Assembly (NCBI GenBank): GCA_947254045.1 | Contig: CAMYBO010000001.1 | Coordinates: forward strand, 1-32,132 | Length of the DNA stretch: 32,132 bases | Origin: an uncultured Granulicatella sp. | GTDB lineage: Bacteria; Bacillota; Bacilli; Lactobacillales; Aerococcaceae | Direction of reading: 5' to 3' | Notes under the pieces: generated by a model | Databases searched by the model: none | What the model was told of the DNA's origin: nothing | What the model saw: the letters and a program-made list of their open reading frames with translations, nothing else | Part shown: piece by piece, positions 8,569-18,688 of the stretch | Numbering within the stretch: position 1 is the stretch's first letter | How the letters are laid out: the number at the start of each line of letters is the position of its first letter | Position numbers and translations under genes: made by a program

Positions 8569-10896
8569 ATGAGAGAATCATTGAGAACCGTTTTGGTGTC
8601 CTTTTTTGAGGAATATGCACCAGAAAGTTTTTATGTAAAAGAAATTAGTGAACATTTTGGGATGAATCAATCTCAAGATTTTAAAATATTAGTAAAAGAA
8701 TTAGCCGCATTAGAAGAAGAGGGCGTCTTAGAATTAAATCGAAATGGGAAATTTGGATTGAATCCTTTAAATCAAACGTTAAAAGGAACGTATCGTGCCA
8801 ATGACAAAGGATTTGGATTTGTCACAGTAGTCGAAGGAGAACCAGATATTTTCATTCCTCGTGGAGATACAATGAGTGCAATGGATGGGGATGAAGTAGA
8901 ATTAGTGATTACAGAACCAGCCGATAGCTATCGTCAACGCTCTGCGACAGGGAAAATTGTCCAAATTATTCAACGAAATACGACTCAAGTGGTGGGAATT
9001 TATACTCGATTTAGTTCAGAAACTGCAGAAGATACAGGATATTGCGGTGAAGTAGTCGTTAAAGATAAAAAAATAGCAGGAACTCGTTGTTTAATCCGTC
9101 CAAATGGTTTGCACCCAGTAGATGGAACAGTGGTCATTGTAGAATTAACAAAATATACGAATGAAAACAATCGTTCTTCATTAGAAGGAATTGTTGTCAA
9201 AGAAATAGGGTATAAAGATGCCGTAGGAATGGATATTTTAATGATTTTACAACAATTACATATTCCAACAGAATTTCCACAAGAAGTGATCGACCAGGCT
9301 AATCTTGTTCCTGAAGTCATCACAGATGAAGATCGACAAGGACGTAAAGATTTACGTGAACAATTAACGGTGACAATTGACGGAGCAGATGCCAAAGACT
9401 TAGATGATGCCGTAGCATTAACAAAACGTGAAGATGGAACATTTGAATTAACGGTTTCGATTGCGGATGTATCGTATTATGTAACGGAAAATTCAGCTAT
9501 CGATAGAGAAGCTTTTGAACGTGGAACAAGTGTGTACTTAACGGACCGTGTTGTTCCAATGTTGCCACAACGATTATCAAATGGAATTTGTTCATTACAT
9601 CCACATGAAGAACGATTAACAATGTCTTGTCGTATGGAAATTGATCGAAGTGGAACGATTTATCAATATGAGATTTTTCCAAGTGTTATTCGCTCAGACA
9701 TGCGGTTAACATACAGTTTAGTGAATGAATTATATGAGAAAAAAGAAGTTGAAATTTCAGAAGAAATTCAGCAAATGTTGTTAGATATGAGAGAATTACA
9801 TCATATTTTAGAAAGACGAAGAAAAGAACGTGGAGCGATTGACTTTGAAACACATGAAGCAAAAATTATTGTGGATGAACAAGGAGCACCAATCGATATT
9901 CAAATTCGTGAACGTGGAGTAGCAGAACGATTAATTGAATCGTTTATGTTAGCAGCCAATGAAACAGTTGCGATGCATTATCAACGTAGAAATGTTCCAT
10001 TTATCTACCGTGTCCATGAACAACCACAACAAGAAAAGATGCAACGTTTCTTAGAATTTGTCACAGCATTTGGTATTAATATTAAAGGGACAAGCGACAC
10101 TATTAGCCCGAAAAAACTGCAAAAAGCTTTGGATGAAGTCAAAGGGGAAACATATGAAGCAGTGGTATCAACAATGATGCTACGTTCCATGAAACAAGCC
10201 AAATATGATATTACCCCTTCTGGACATTATGGATTAGCAGCAGAAGATTATACTCACTTTACTTCACCGATTCGTCGTTACCCAGACTTAATTGTCCACC
10301 GTATGATTCGTCAATATGAAGGCAGTGGAAGTTTCTTATCGAAGCAACAAGAGGAACTAAATGCATCTAAATTAGAGAGAATTGCGGATCAATCGAGCAA
10401 AATGGAACGTTTAGCGGTTCAAGCAGAACGTGAAGTAGATGCGATGAAAAAAGCTGAATTTATGGCAGATAAGATTGGACAAGAGTTTGAAGGAATTGTT
10501 AGCTCGGTTACTAAGTTCGGAATGTTTGTAGAATTGCCAAATACTGTTGAAGGTTTAGTGCATATTACGCATATGAATCAAGATTACTTTAACTTTATTG
10601 AAAGTCATATGGTTTTAATTGGTGAGAGAACAGGAGTAACTTATCGAATCGGAGATCGTGTGAAAGTAAAATTAATTAAAGTCGATGTAGAAGCACATGA
10701 AATTGATTTTATTTTAGCATCTGACAATGCAGAGTTGATTACTCAAAATAAACGTCCTTCTAAAGGTAAAGAATCGCCAAAGAAATCTGCGAAAAAAGAA
10801 AGTAGAAGTAAAAAATCGAAGAAGTCTTCTAAAGATAAAGGAAGACAACATTTTAAAGCGCAAGCAAAGCAAAAACGTAGAAAAAAACATTCGTAA
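8569..10896 (+). CDS. rnr: Ribonuclease R
   Basis: [26 protein letters not shown]1 domain and basic tail. Confidence 0.96.
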   Translation: MRESLRTVLVSFFEEYAPESFYVKEISEHFGMNQSQDFKILVKELAALEEEGVLELNRNGKFGLNPLNQTLKGTYRANDKGFGFVTVVEGEPDIFIPRGDTMSAMDGDEVELVITEPADSYRQRSATGKIVQIIQRNTTQVVGIYTRFSSETAEDTGYCGEVVVKDKKIAGTRCLIRPNGLHPVDGTVVIVELTKYTNENNRSSLEGIVVKEIGYKDAVGMDILMILQQLHIPTEFPQEVIDQANLVPEVITDEDRQGRKDLREQLTVTIDGADAKDLDDAVALTKREDGTFELTVSIADVSYYVTENSAIDREAFERGTSVYLTDRVVPMLPQRLSNGICSLHPHEERLTMSCRMEIDRSGTIYQYEIFPSVIRSDMRLTYSLVNELYEKKEVEISEEIQQMLLDMRELHHILERRRKERGAIDFETHEAKIIVDEQGAPIDIQIRERGVAERLIESFMLAANETVAMHYQRRNVPFIYRVHEQPQQEKMQRFLEFVTAFGINIKGTSDTISPKKLQKALDEVKGETYEAVVSTMMLRSMKQAKYDITPSGHYGLAAEDYTHFTSPIRRYPDLIVHRMIRQYEGSGSFLSKQQEELNASKLERIADQSSKMERLAVQAEREVDAMKKAEFMADKIGQEFEGIVSSVTKFGMFVELPNTVEGLVHITHMNQDYFNFIESHMVLIGERTGVTYRIGDRVKVKLIKVDVEAHEIDFILASDNAELITQNKRPSKGKESPKKSAKKESRSKKSKKSSKDKGRQHFKAQAKQKRRKKHS

Positions 10897-10907
10897 GGAG
10901 AATTCGG

Positions 10908-11372
10908 ATGCCAAAAGGAACAGATAATAAAGTTTTAGCGCAAAATCGTAAGGCGAATCATGATTATACGATTCTAGATACGATTGAAGCGGGTTTAGTG
11001 TTAACGGGAACGGAGATTAAATCGGTTCGTCAAGCTAGAATGAATTTGAAAGATGGTTATTGTAGTTTTAAAAATGGGGAAGCCTTTTTAGTTGGGGTTC
11101 ATATTAGTCCGTTTGAGCAGGGGAATATTTTCAATCATGATCCGCTTCGTACGAGAAAGTTATTATTGCATAAGAAGCAAATTCAAATGCTTGAGCAAGA
11201 GGTAAGACAGGCGGGAAATACGGTTGTTCCATTGAAGGTTTATATTAAAAATGGGGTTGCCAAGTTGTTGATTGGAATTGCGAAAGGTAAGAAAAACTAT
11301 GATAAGCGTGAAGCGTTAAAACAAAAAGATATCAAACGAGATGTACAGAGAGAGTTAAAAAACTATAAATAG
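10908..11372 (+). CDS. smpB: SsrA-binding protein
   Basis: [21 protein letters not shown] and [10 protein letters not shown]. Confidence 0.97.
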   Translation: MPKGTDNKVLAQNRKANHDYTILDTIEAGLVLTGTEIKSVRQARMNLKDGYCSFKNGEAFLVGVHISPFEQGNIFNHDPLRTRKLLLHKKQIQMLEQEVRQAGNTVVPLKVYIKNGVAKLLIGIAKGKKNYDKREALKQKDIKRDVQRELKNYK

Positions 11373-11378
11373 ACTACG

Positions 11379-11520
11379 AAAGACTTCTTAATATAGTAGC
11401 ATAGGACGGCAGCAGACCTTTGGTCTCATGCCTAAATTTCGAGCCTTGGTCTCGAAATTTCCTAATAATAGTAGCCGATGTTTCGGCTACTATTATGCAT
11501 GCTACTATGAGGAAGTCTTT
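11379..11520 (+). repeat. Structured intergenic repeat, family A (full multibranch copy)
   Basis: Outer stems AAAGACTTC/GAAGTCTTT and ATAGTAGCAT/ATGCTACTAT enclose three hairpins (AGACC/GGTCT, AAATTTCGAG/CTCGAAATTT, ATAATAGTAGCCGA/TCGGCTACTATTAT). Confidence 0.85.
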
Positions 11521-11591
11521 CTCCGTTTTTCTGTAAGGAAAAGTAGAGTAAATATTATCACTACCTGTCATGCAGAAAAATTATGGAATAT

Positions 11592-11608
11592 AATAGTTAA
11601 AAACTATA
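11592..11608 (+). promoter_or_regulatory. Putative MetR/MtaR binding box
   Basis: AATAGTTAAAAACTATA is a close match to TATAGTTTnAAACTATA and ends 21 bp before TTGACA. Confidence 0.65.
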
Positions 11609-11629
11609 TTAAATATTCATCTAAAGTCG

Positions 11630-11658
11630 TTGACAATATATTGAATATATATTATATT
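11630..11658 (+). promoter_or_regulatory. Sigma-A promoter of met operon 2
   Basis: TTGACA-N17-TATATT. Confidence 0.75.
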
Positions 11659-11679
11659 ATCTACAACAGATAAATAACT

Positions 11680-11928
11680 GATGCAATGAACAGATAAGTA
11701 AATAAAAGCGAACGTAAAAAGAGAGTCCGGTTGGTGAAAAAGGATGCAGGAACTTTATTGAAAATGGTCTGGGAGCAACAGGAGTGATAAAGCTTCTGCG
11801 AATGGTGCCCGATACCGTACTAGAGTATAAATATGTACTTATAGAGTAACAAGCTGTGAAGTTTGTTAAAAATAGAGTGGTAACGCGATCCTTCGCCTCT
11901 AGTCAAAAACTAAGGTGGAGTTTTTTTA
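11680..11928 (+). promoter_or_regulatory. T-box riboswitch (Met specifier)
   Basis: AGAGAG...GGTGAAA, specifier ATG at 11764-11766, T-box AGAGTGGTAACGCG at 11874-11887, and terminator plus T-run to ~11928. Confidence 0.9.
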
Positions 11929-12030
11929 TGTCTCAAATACTTATAACATCAATTATCTGATTCGACGATTGACGGAAATCGCGCCCGTTAATCATCATTA
12001 ATCAATGGAAAAGAAAAGGGGAATTTATTT

Positions 12031-12888
12031 ATGAACATTTCAAAATTAATTAAAACAGCAGCGTTAGGATTAGTAGCTACAACATTAGTAGCATGTGGAA
12101 ACGGAGCATCTCAATCAAAAGATACAGCAACAACGGCAGCTCCAAAAGTAGAAGATAAAAAGATTACAGTAGTATCTTCACCAGCACCACATGGTGAAAT
12201 TTTAGAAGCAGCTAAATCAATTCTTAAAAAAGATGGATATGATTTACAAATCAATATCGTAAACGACTACGTAACACCGAACCAAATCGTATTCGGAGGA
12301 GATGCAGATGCTAACTACTTCCAACATACACCTTACTTAGAAAAATTCAATAAAGAACACAACGAAGATTTAGTAAGTATTGGTAATGTACACATCGAAC
12401 CAATGGCTATTTACTCTAAAAAATATAAATCTTTAGCAGATTTACCAGAAAACGCAACAGTATATGCTTCAACAAACCCAGCTGAAGTTGGTCGTTTCTT
12501 ATCATTCTTCACTAAAGCAGGTTTAATTAAATTAAAAGATGGTGTTAAACCAGTTGACGCTCAATTAAGCGATATCGTTGAAAACAAAAAGAATATTCAA
12601 ATTAAAAATGAAATCGCTCCTGAATTATTAGTTTCAACATTTGAAGCTAACGAAGGAGATGCAGTAATTATCAACTCAAACTTTGCAATTGATGCAAAAT
12701 TATCTCCTAAAAAAGATTCAATAGCATTAGAAGATGAAAGTTCACCATATGCAAACTTAGTAGCAGTTAAACCAAAAGATAAAGATTCAGATAAAATCAA
12801 AGCTTTAATCAAAGCATTACAAAGTGATGAAATCCGTAAATTTATCTCTGATAAATATTCAAATGGGTCTGTAATTCCTGCAAAATAA
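12031..12888 (+). CDS. metQ: MetQ/NlpA family lipoprotein (second paralog)
   Basis: Lipobox LVAC, PHGEIL, DANYFQHTPYL, HIEPMAIYS and SPYANL. Confidence 0.92.
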   Translation: MNISKLIKTAALGLVATTLVACGNGASQSKDTATTAAPKVEDKKITVVSSPAPHGEILEAAKSILKKDGYDLQINIVNDYVTPNQIVFGGDADANYFQHTPYLEKFNKEHNEDLVSIGNVHIEPMAIYSKKYKSLADLPENATVYASTNPAEVGRFLSFFTKAGLIKLKDGVKPVDAQLSDIVENKKNIQIKNEIAPELLVSTFEANEGDAVIINSNFAIDAKLSPKKDSIALEDESSPYANLVAVKPKDKDSDKIKALIKALQSDEIRKFISDKYSNGSVIPAK

Positions 12889-12899
12889 TGGATAGAATA

Positions 12900-12936
12900 A
12901 AAGGTGTGGCACGCGCTATTTTGCCACATCTTTTTA
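12900..12936 (+). terminator. Intra-operon terminator/stabilising hairpin
   Basis: AGGTGTGGCA...TGCCACATCTTTTT between metQ and metN. Confidence 0.6.
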
Positions 12937-12952
12937 GAATATAAGGAGAAGA

Positions 12953-13981
12953 ATGATGATTAAAATACAAGAAGTTTCTAAAATTTATCATGGTAAACAA
13001 GGGACAGTTGAAGCAGTAAAAGATGTTTCGTTAGACATTAAAAAAGGTGAAATTTTTGGAATTATTGGTTTTTCAGGAGCAGGTAAAAGTACATTAATTC
13101 GTTTATTAAATGGTCTTGAATCTGTTACAACTGGTCATATTTTTGTCAATGATAAAGATATTACTACATTAAAGAAAAAAGAATTATTACAAGAACGTCG
13201 TAAAATTGCGATGATTTTCCAAAATTTCAATTTATTATGGTCACGTACAGTAGAAGAAAACATTGCTTTTTCATTAGAAATTGCAGGAGTAGCAAAAGAT
13301 GTTCGCCAGAAAAAAGTAGCTGAATTAATTGAAATTGTAGGATTAACAGGAAGAGAAAAATCTTATCCTTCTCAATTATCTGGTGGACAAAAACAAAGAG
13401 TCGGAATTGCTCGTGCATTAGCCAATGATCCAGAAGTACTATTATGTGATGAAGCAACAAGTGCATTAGATCCAAAAACAACAAAAGATATTTTGAACTT
13501 ATTAGTAGAAATTAATAAACGTCTAGGGTTGACGATTGTCTTAATTACACATGAAATGCATGTTGTTCGTCAAATTTGCCATCGTGTTGCTGTAATGGAA
13601 CAAGGTAGAGTGGTTGAAACTGGGGAAGTATTAGAAGTGTTCAAAAATCCTCAACAAACGATTACAAAACAATTTGTTGGTGAAGAACGTTCTGAACAAG
13701 ACTTAGCAGATGTTTTTGATCATTTATCAACTTTACTTCGTCCGGGAGTAGCTGTTCGTATTCAATATTTAGGAGATACTACTGCAGAAGGAATTTTATC
13801 AGAAGTGATTCGTAAACTAGATGTTTCGATTTCGATTTTACAAGCGCATGTAAATGTAACGCAAAAAGGTGTGCTTGGAAGTATGATTATTTTAATTGAA
13901 GAAGAATCTGCTAAAGCTGAAGAAGTAATTGATTACTTAAGAAAAGCAGAAATTATTGTGGAGGTATTAGAAAATGTTTAA
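12953..13981 (+). CDS. metN: Methionine ABC transporter ATP-binding protein (second paralog)
   Basis: [17 protein letters not shown] and [12 protein letters not shown]. Confidence 0.92.
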   Translation: MMIKIQEVSKIYHGKQGTVEAVKDVSLDIKKGEIFGIIGFSGAGKSTLIRLLNGLESVTTGHIFVNDKDITTLKKKELLQERRKIAMIFQNFNLLWSRTVEENIAFSLEIAGVAKDVRQKKVAELIEIVGLTGREKSYPSQLSGGQKQRVGIARALANDPEVLLCDEATSALDPKTTKDILNLLVEINKRLGLTIVLITHEMHVVRQICHRVAVMEQGRVVETGEVLEVFKNPQQTITKQFVGEERSEQDLADVFDHLSTLLRPGVAVRIQYLGDTTAEGILSEVIRKLDVSISILQAHVNVTQKGVLGSMIILIEEESAKAEEVIDYLRKAEIIVEVLENV

Positions 13982-14687
13982 TGTGTTTTTAGCTCAAACG
14001 AGTTTTTCAGAATTATTCCAAGAGATGTTGAGTTTTAAAAATGTAGATTGGAATGAAGTGATTAAAGCAACAAATGAAACAGTTTATATGAGTTTTCTAT
14101 CTACTTTCTACGTATTTATTATTGGTTTAGCACTCGGTTTATTTTTATATTTAACAAGTCCAGGCAGAAGTTTAGAAAATAAATGGGTGAATTTATTCCT
14201 TTCTGGAATTATTAATATTTTCCGTTCGGTTCCATTTATTATTTTACTTGCTTTATTAATGCCTTTTACGAAAGCATTGATGGGGACTATTTTAGGACCT
14301 AAGGGTGCGATTCCAACTTTAGTGATTAGTGCAGCTCCTTTCTATGCTCGTTTAGTGTCTATTTCATTAAATGAGATTCCATCTGGGGTTGTTGAAGCGG
14401 CTGAATCCATGGGTGCTACGACTCGTCAGATTATTACGAAGGTGTTAATTCCTGAATCGCTTCCTGCGTTAGTGTCTGGTATTACGGTAACAACGATTGC
14501 GTTAGTGGGTTCTACTGCTGTTGCGGGCGTTATTGGTGCTGGTGGATTAGGGAACTTGGCTTATATGATTGGTTTTACTCGTAATAAGCAGGATATTATT
14601 TTTGTGGCTACGGTTGCGATTTTAATTCTTGTGTTCTTGATTCAATTCGTTGGAGACTATGCAGTGAAGAGAATCGACAAACGTTAA
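13974..14687 (+). CDS. metI: Methionine ABC transporter permease (second paralog)
   Basis: RSVPFIIL, GVVEAAESMG and GAGGLG. Confidence 0.92.
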   Translation: MFNVFLAQTSFSELFQEMLSFKNVDWNEVIKATNETVYMSFLSTFYVFIIGLALGLFLYLTSPGRSLENKWVNLFLSGIINIFRSVPFIILLALLMPFTKALMGTILGPKGAIPTLVISAAPFYARLVSISLNEIPSGVVEAAESMGATTRQIITKVLIPESLPALVSGITVTTIALVGSTAVAGVIGAGGLGNLAYMIGFTRNKQDIIFVATVAILILVFLIQFVGDYAVKRIDKR

Positions 14688-14700
14688 TATATTCGAAATA

Positions 14701-14780
14701 GACTTTGCGTGATAGTAGCAGAGGACGCCAAGAGACACCAAAGGTGGCTACTGGCGTCCTCTGCTACAGCCCCAAAAGTC
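14701..14780 (+). repeat. Structured intergenic repeat, family A (short copy)
   Basis: GACTTT/AAAGTC outer stem and a perfect 16-bp stem GTAGCAGAGGACGCCA/TGGCGTCCTCTGCTAC. Shares ATAGTAGYAnAGGACG with the other two copies. Confidence 0.75.
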
Positions 14781-14944
14781 CGTTGTAGTTTAATTTTGTT
14801 GAAAATGAAAATAACCTTTCCATGAAATTTACATGGATTACATTGCTAGAAGTGGTTGATATCTGTTAGGGTATCATACATTTTTATCCTAGAGTAAATA
14901 CACATAACACTTGCTTTCTAGTCGTTTTTTCGGTAGTATAATGC

Positions 14945-15156
14945 ATGGAATAGTAAGTTCTGAAATGGGTACAGAAAGTTCTTCATGGCTGAGAGAGAAC
15001 CCCCGCTTTTAGAATTGAACCTACCAGAATATTGATTATGAAAATAATCCGGTTCACGTACCGTTATCACGTTCCAAGAGACATTTAACATGAAATGTAA
15101 TTAAAGGTGGTACCGCGAGTCATTCGTCCTTTTTATAGGGAGAATGGCTCTTTTTG
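14945..15156 (+). promoter_or_regulatory. T-box riboswitch (Pro specifier)
   Basis: AGAAAG...GGCTGAGA stem I, specifier CCT at 15020-15022, T-box AAGGTGGTACCGCG at 15104-15117, and terminator GAGTCATTC...GAATGGCTC-TTTTT. Confidence 0.9.
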
Positions 15157-15186
15157 TTCCACGATATTTAGAAAAGGAGTGCTAAT

Positions 15187-16635
15187 ATGGCAGAAAAAAC
15201 AAACTTACAAAGAGAAGATTTCTCAAAATGGTATATCCAAACGATTCAAAAAGCTGATTTAATGGATTATTCACCAGTGCGTGGATGTATGATTTTCAAA
15301 CCAGATGGTTATGAAATTTGGGAACATATTCAAGAAGAATTTAACCGTCGTTTTAAAGAAGAAGGAATTCGTAATGCATACTTTCCAATGTTAATTCCAG
15401 AAAGCTTCTTCACAAAAGAAGCAGATCATATTGAAGGATTTGCTCCAGAATTACCATGGGTAACAGAAGCAGCAGGTGAAAAATTAGAAGAACGTTTAGC
15501 ATTACGTCCAACAAGTGAAACAATGATTGGAACTGCGTTCTCAAACTGGATTAATTCATACCGTGATTTACCATATGAAGTAAACCAATGGGCAAATGTA
15601 TTCCGTTGGGAAAAGAAAACTTTACCATTCTTACGTACGTCTGAATTTTTATGGCAAGAAGGACATACTGCTCACGCAGATGAAGAAGATGCACGTCGTC
15701 GTACAATGAAAATGTTAGACATTTATAAAGAAGTAGTAGAAGGCGTATTAGCTGTTCCTGTTTATGAAGGACAAAAAACTCCATCAGAACGTTTTGCGGG
15801 TGCGGTAGATACTTACTCAATCGAAGCAATGATGAAAGATGGAAAAGCTGTACAAGCTGGAACTTCTCATTATATGGGTACAAAATTTGCGGAAGCATTT
15901 GATATTAAATATTTAACAAAAGAAAATGAACACGTACATGCTCATACAACTTCATGGGGAGTTTCAACTCGTTTAATCGGTTCATTAATTATGACACATG
16001 GAGACGAACAAGGATTAGTATTACCTCCAAAAGTAGCTCCAACACAAGTAGTTTTAATTCCAGTTGGACCATGGAAGAAAAATCCAGCTATCTTAGAAAA
16101 ATTAGAAGAATTACAACAACAATTAAAAGCAGCAGGCTTACGTGTGAAAATCGATGACACAGACAACTCACCAGGATTCAAATTCAATGAATGGGAATTA
16201 CGTGGGGTACCAATGCGTATTGAATGTGGACCACGTGATTTAGAAAATAATCAAGTCATGACAAAAATGCGTGATTTAGATGAAAAAGTTGCGGTAGGTT
16301 TTGATGTGTTTGTAGAAACGATTCAATCTGAATTAGAGAAAATGCAAGGACGTTTATTAGAAACTGCTCGTGCAATGCGTGCTTCTAATGAATATACAAA
16401 CATTGATACTTTAGATGAATTAAAAGCTCATATTGAAGCAAAACGTGAAGCTGGCGAAGTACCTGGTTGGGTATTAGTTGGTTGGGATGGAACAGAAGAA
16501 ACAGAGGCGAAAATCAAAGAAGAAACTGGATTTACGACTCGTAATATTCCATTCAACCCACCAGTTAAAAAAGAAACATGTATCGTATCAGGCAAACCAG
16601 CAACACAAACAGTGTGGATTGCAAGAGCGTACTAA
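15187..16635 (+). CDS. proS: Proline--tRNA ligase, archaeal/eukaryote-like type (no INS editing domain)
   Basis: 482 aa with LRPTSET, FLRTSEFLWQEGHTAH, QAGTSHY, SWGVSTR and C-terminal ARAY. A Pro T-box lies upstream. Confidence 0.95.
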   Translation: MAEKTNLQREDFSKWYIQTIQKADLMDYSPVRGCMIFKPDGYEIWEHIQEEFNRRFKEEGIRNAYFPMLIPESFFTKEADHIEGFAPELPWVTEAAGEKLEERLALRPTSETMIGTAFSNWINSYRDLPYEVNQWANVFRWEKKTLPFLRTSEFLWQEGHTAHADEEDARRRTMKMLDIYKEVVEGVLAVPVYEGQKTPSERFAGAVDTYSIEAMMKDGKAVQAGTSHYMGTKFAEAFDIKYLTKENEHVHAHTTSWGVSTRLIGSLIMTHGDEQGLVLPPKVAPTQVVLIPVGPWKKNPAILEKLEELQQQLKAAGLRVKIDDTDNSPGFKFNEWELRGVPMRIECGPRDLENNQVMTKMRDLDEKVAVGFDVFVETIQSELEKMQGRLLETARAMRASNEYTNIDTLDELKAHIEAKREAGEVPGWVLVGWDGTEETEAKIKEETGFTTRNIPFNPPVKKETCIVSGKPATQTVWIARAY

Positions 16636-16639
16636 TAAC

Positions 16640-16770
16640 AAGGTGCGAGGAAAGATGTTCTGAATCAAAACGAAACGTATGTTGATTCAATCTTTTTGAG
16701 TCGGATTAAATAAAGTGCGAAGAAAGATGCTCTGAATCGAACCAAAAAGCACGTCGATTCCATCTTTCCA
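16640..16770. repeat. Two tandem degenerate hairpin units (period 72 bp), family C
   Basis: GTGCGA(G/A)GAAAGATG(T/C)TCTGAATC(A/G)A...T(T/C)GATTC(A/C)ATCTTT at 16643 and 16715. Confidence 0.75.
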
Positions 16771-16884
16771 ATGTAAAAAGAAATAACATTTGAATAAAGG
16801 ATGGAAGAGGGTAAAAGTGCAAAAAGTAGCACAACTTGCCCTCCTTCACACTTTTTAAATAAAAAACTAGAAAGGAAGTGCTCT

Positions 16885-17616
16885 ATGTCCGTATTGGCTA
16901 TTGATACCTCAAGCAAAACTTTATCGGTTGCCATTGTCAAAGATGAGGGAACGATTGTTGAACAAACAGTTCCAGACACGTTACAACATAGCGTCAAACT
17001 AATGCCGGCAATTCAAGAAGTACTTCAAGAAAGTCAAGTCAGTATGCAAGAACTAACAGGTGTGATTGTTGCCAAAGGACCAGGTTCGTATACTGGACTT
17101 AGAATTGGAGTAACAGTTGCGAAAACTCTTGCGAAGACATTGCATATTCCGCTAAAATCTGTCTCAAGTTTACAAGCGATTGTTGCAAATGTTGCAGAAG
17201 TTGTTCCTGAGGGAGCTTATGTTGTTCCATTTTTTGATGCTCGTAGAGAGAATATTTTTACGGGTCTTTATCAAGTGAATCAACAATTTCCACAATTGGT
17301 AGCCCCAGAACGTCATATTTCTTGGATTGATTGGCTGGAAGAGTTAGTGACTTATGAAGCTCCTCTTTATTTTGTTGGACAATTGACAGATACACAAAAA
17401 GAGCTAGTTCTAGAGAAATTAGGAAATAAAGCAGTGTTTACTCAAGAAAGTGATGCTATTGCTCATGCAGGATTCTTTGGTAAATTAGCACAAAATGCAC
17501 CCGAAGAAGATGCAGATGTTTTTGTTCCGACATATTTAAAATTAGCAGAAGCAGAAGAAAATTGGAAAGCGAGCCATAAAGAAGAACAGGAGACAAACTA
17601 TGTGGAGCGCATGTAA
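16885..17616 (+). CDS. tsaB: tRNA threonylcarbamoyladenosine biosynthesis protein TsaB
   Basis: LAIDTSS, GPGSYTGLRIG and DARRE. Start placed at ATG 16885 after GAAAGGAAG. Confidence 0.93.
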   Translation: MSVLAIDTSSKTLSVAIVKDEGTIVEQTVPDTLQHSVKLMPAIQEVLQESQVSMQELTGVIVAKGPGSYTGLRIGVTVAKTLAKTLHIPLKSVSSLQAIVANVAEVVPEGAYVVPFFDARRENIFTGLYQVNQQFPQLVAPERHISWIDWLEELVTYEAPLYFVGQLTDTQKELVLEKLGNKAVFTQESDAIAHAGFFGKLAQNAPEEDADVFVPTYLKLAEAEENWKASHKEEQETNYVERM

Positions 17617-18688
17617 AGATTGGACACAATCTTTATGGCAACAATTAGGAAGATTAGCAGATCAAGCAATTTCTGTAGGAGACTTTGTCGTAACTCAATT
17701 GCCTCAGCAATTCAAACGAACTCCGTTATCGAATGGATTAATTGCGACGATTCGTTTGGCGACAATCGAAGACATTGATGCGATTGCTTATGTAGAAGAA
17801 GAAGCGTATATAGACAATCCTCCTTGGCAAAGAGATGCTTTTGCAGAAGATTTAACCTATAATACAAAAGCTATTTATATCGTTCTTGAAATAGATAAGG
17901 AAATACAAGCGTTTATCGGTGCGAGAGTGACACCAGAGGATCTTCATATTACGAATATTGCGGTTCATTCAGATGTACGATTTTTAGGATGTGCGACTTT
18001 ATTAATGAAGCAATTAGAAAAGTATGCACGATTTTTAGCAAAAGATTCCATTTCCCTAGAAGTCAGAGTTTCCAATAAAAAGGCGATTCGTTTATATGAA
18101 AAGTTTGGATTTATTCAAACAGGATATAAAGAAAAATATTATAAAAATGAAGTAGAGGATGCGGTACTGATGACTTATCTATTACCCCCTAAAACACCAG
18201 AGTCTTTCTCCTCATCAGAGTTCTCGTTTAAACGATTAACGGTTGAGGATGATGTGGCAGAACAGTTATACCAATTAGTGCAACAACATTATGAACATCC
18301 AGGACATTGGAGTGCAAAAGCTTTCCAAGAAGATATTGCTTCTGAACATGGAGCGTATTATGGCGTGTATCATGTGGATACCTTAATTGGATTTGCCGGG
18401 ATGCAAGTCGTCTTAGATGAAGCAACGATAACGAATATTGTCATTCATACGGGATTCCAAGGAAAAGGACTTGCCCAACGGTTATGGCAAATGGCTTGTT
18501 ATGATTTAGGGATGCAAGAAGTCGCAACAGTATTTTTAGAAGTACGAGAATTTAACCATCGTGCTCAGCAATTATATGAAATTTTAGGATTTGAGTGTTA
18601 TCACAGAAGACGTGATTACTATACAGATCCATTAGAAGATGCCTTACTCTATCGATTAGAACTCAAGAAAGGAGCATGTGAACAATGA
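17600..18688 (+). CDS. rimI: Tandem double RimI-like GNAT acetyltransferase (fusion)
   Basis: Two copies of ITNI..H...G / LEVR..N..A..LYE..GF....R/K..YY....EDA, joined by a [11 protein letters not shown] linker. Confidence 0.85.
   Translation: MWSACKDWTQSLWQQLGRLADQAISVGDFVVTQLPQQFKRTPLSNGLIATIRLATIEDIDAIAYVEEEAYIDNPPWQRDAFAEDLTYNTKAIYIVLEIDKEIQAFIGARVTPEDLHITNIAVHSDVRFLGCATLLMKQLEKYARFLAKDSISLEVRVSNKKAIRLYEKFGFIQTGYKEKYYKNEVEDAVLMTYLLPPKTPESFSSSEFSFKRLTVEDDVAEQLYQLVQQHYEHPGHWSAKAFQEDIASEHGAYYGVYHVDTLIGFAGMQVVLDEATITNIVIHTGFQGKGLAQRLWQMACYDLGMQEVATVFLEVREFNHRAQQLYEILGFECYHRRRDYYTDPLEDALLYRLELKKGACEQ

Noticed and set aside
11374..11530. tmRNA (ssrA) after smpB
   Set aside because: Too short, with no GGGG 5' end, no tRNA-like CCA 3' end and no tag reading frame. 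It is instead homologous to the repeats at 1-95 and 14701-14780.
11374..11673. 65-aa and 81-aa ORFs after smpB
   Set aside because: They run through the palindromic repeat and the promoter, so they are most likely spurious.
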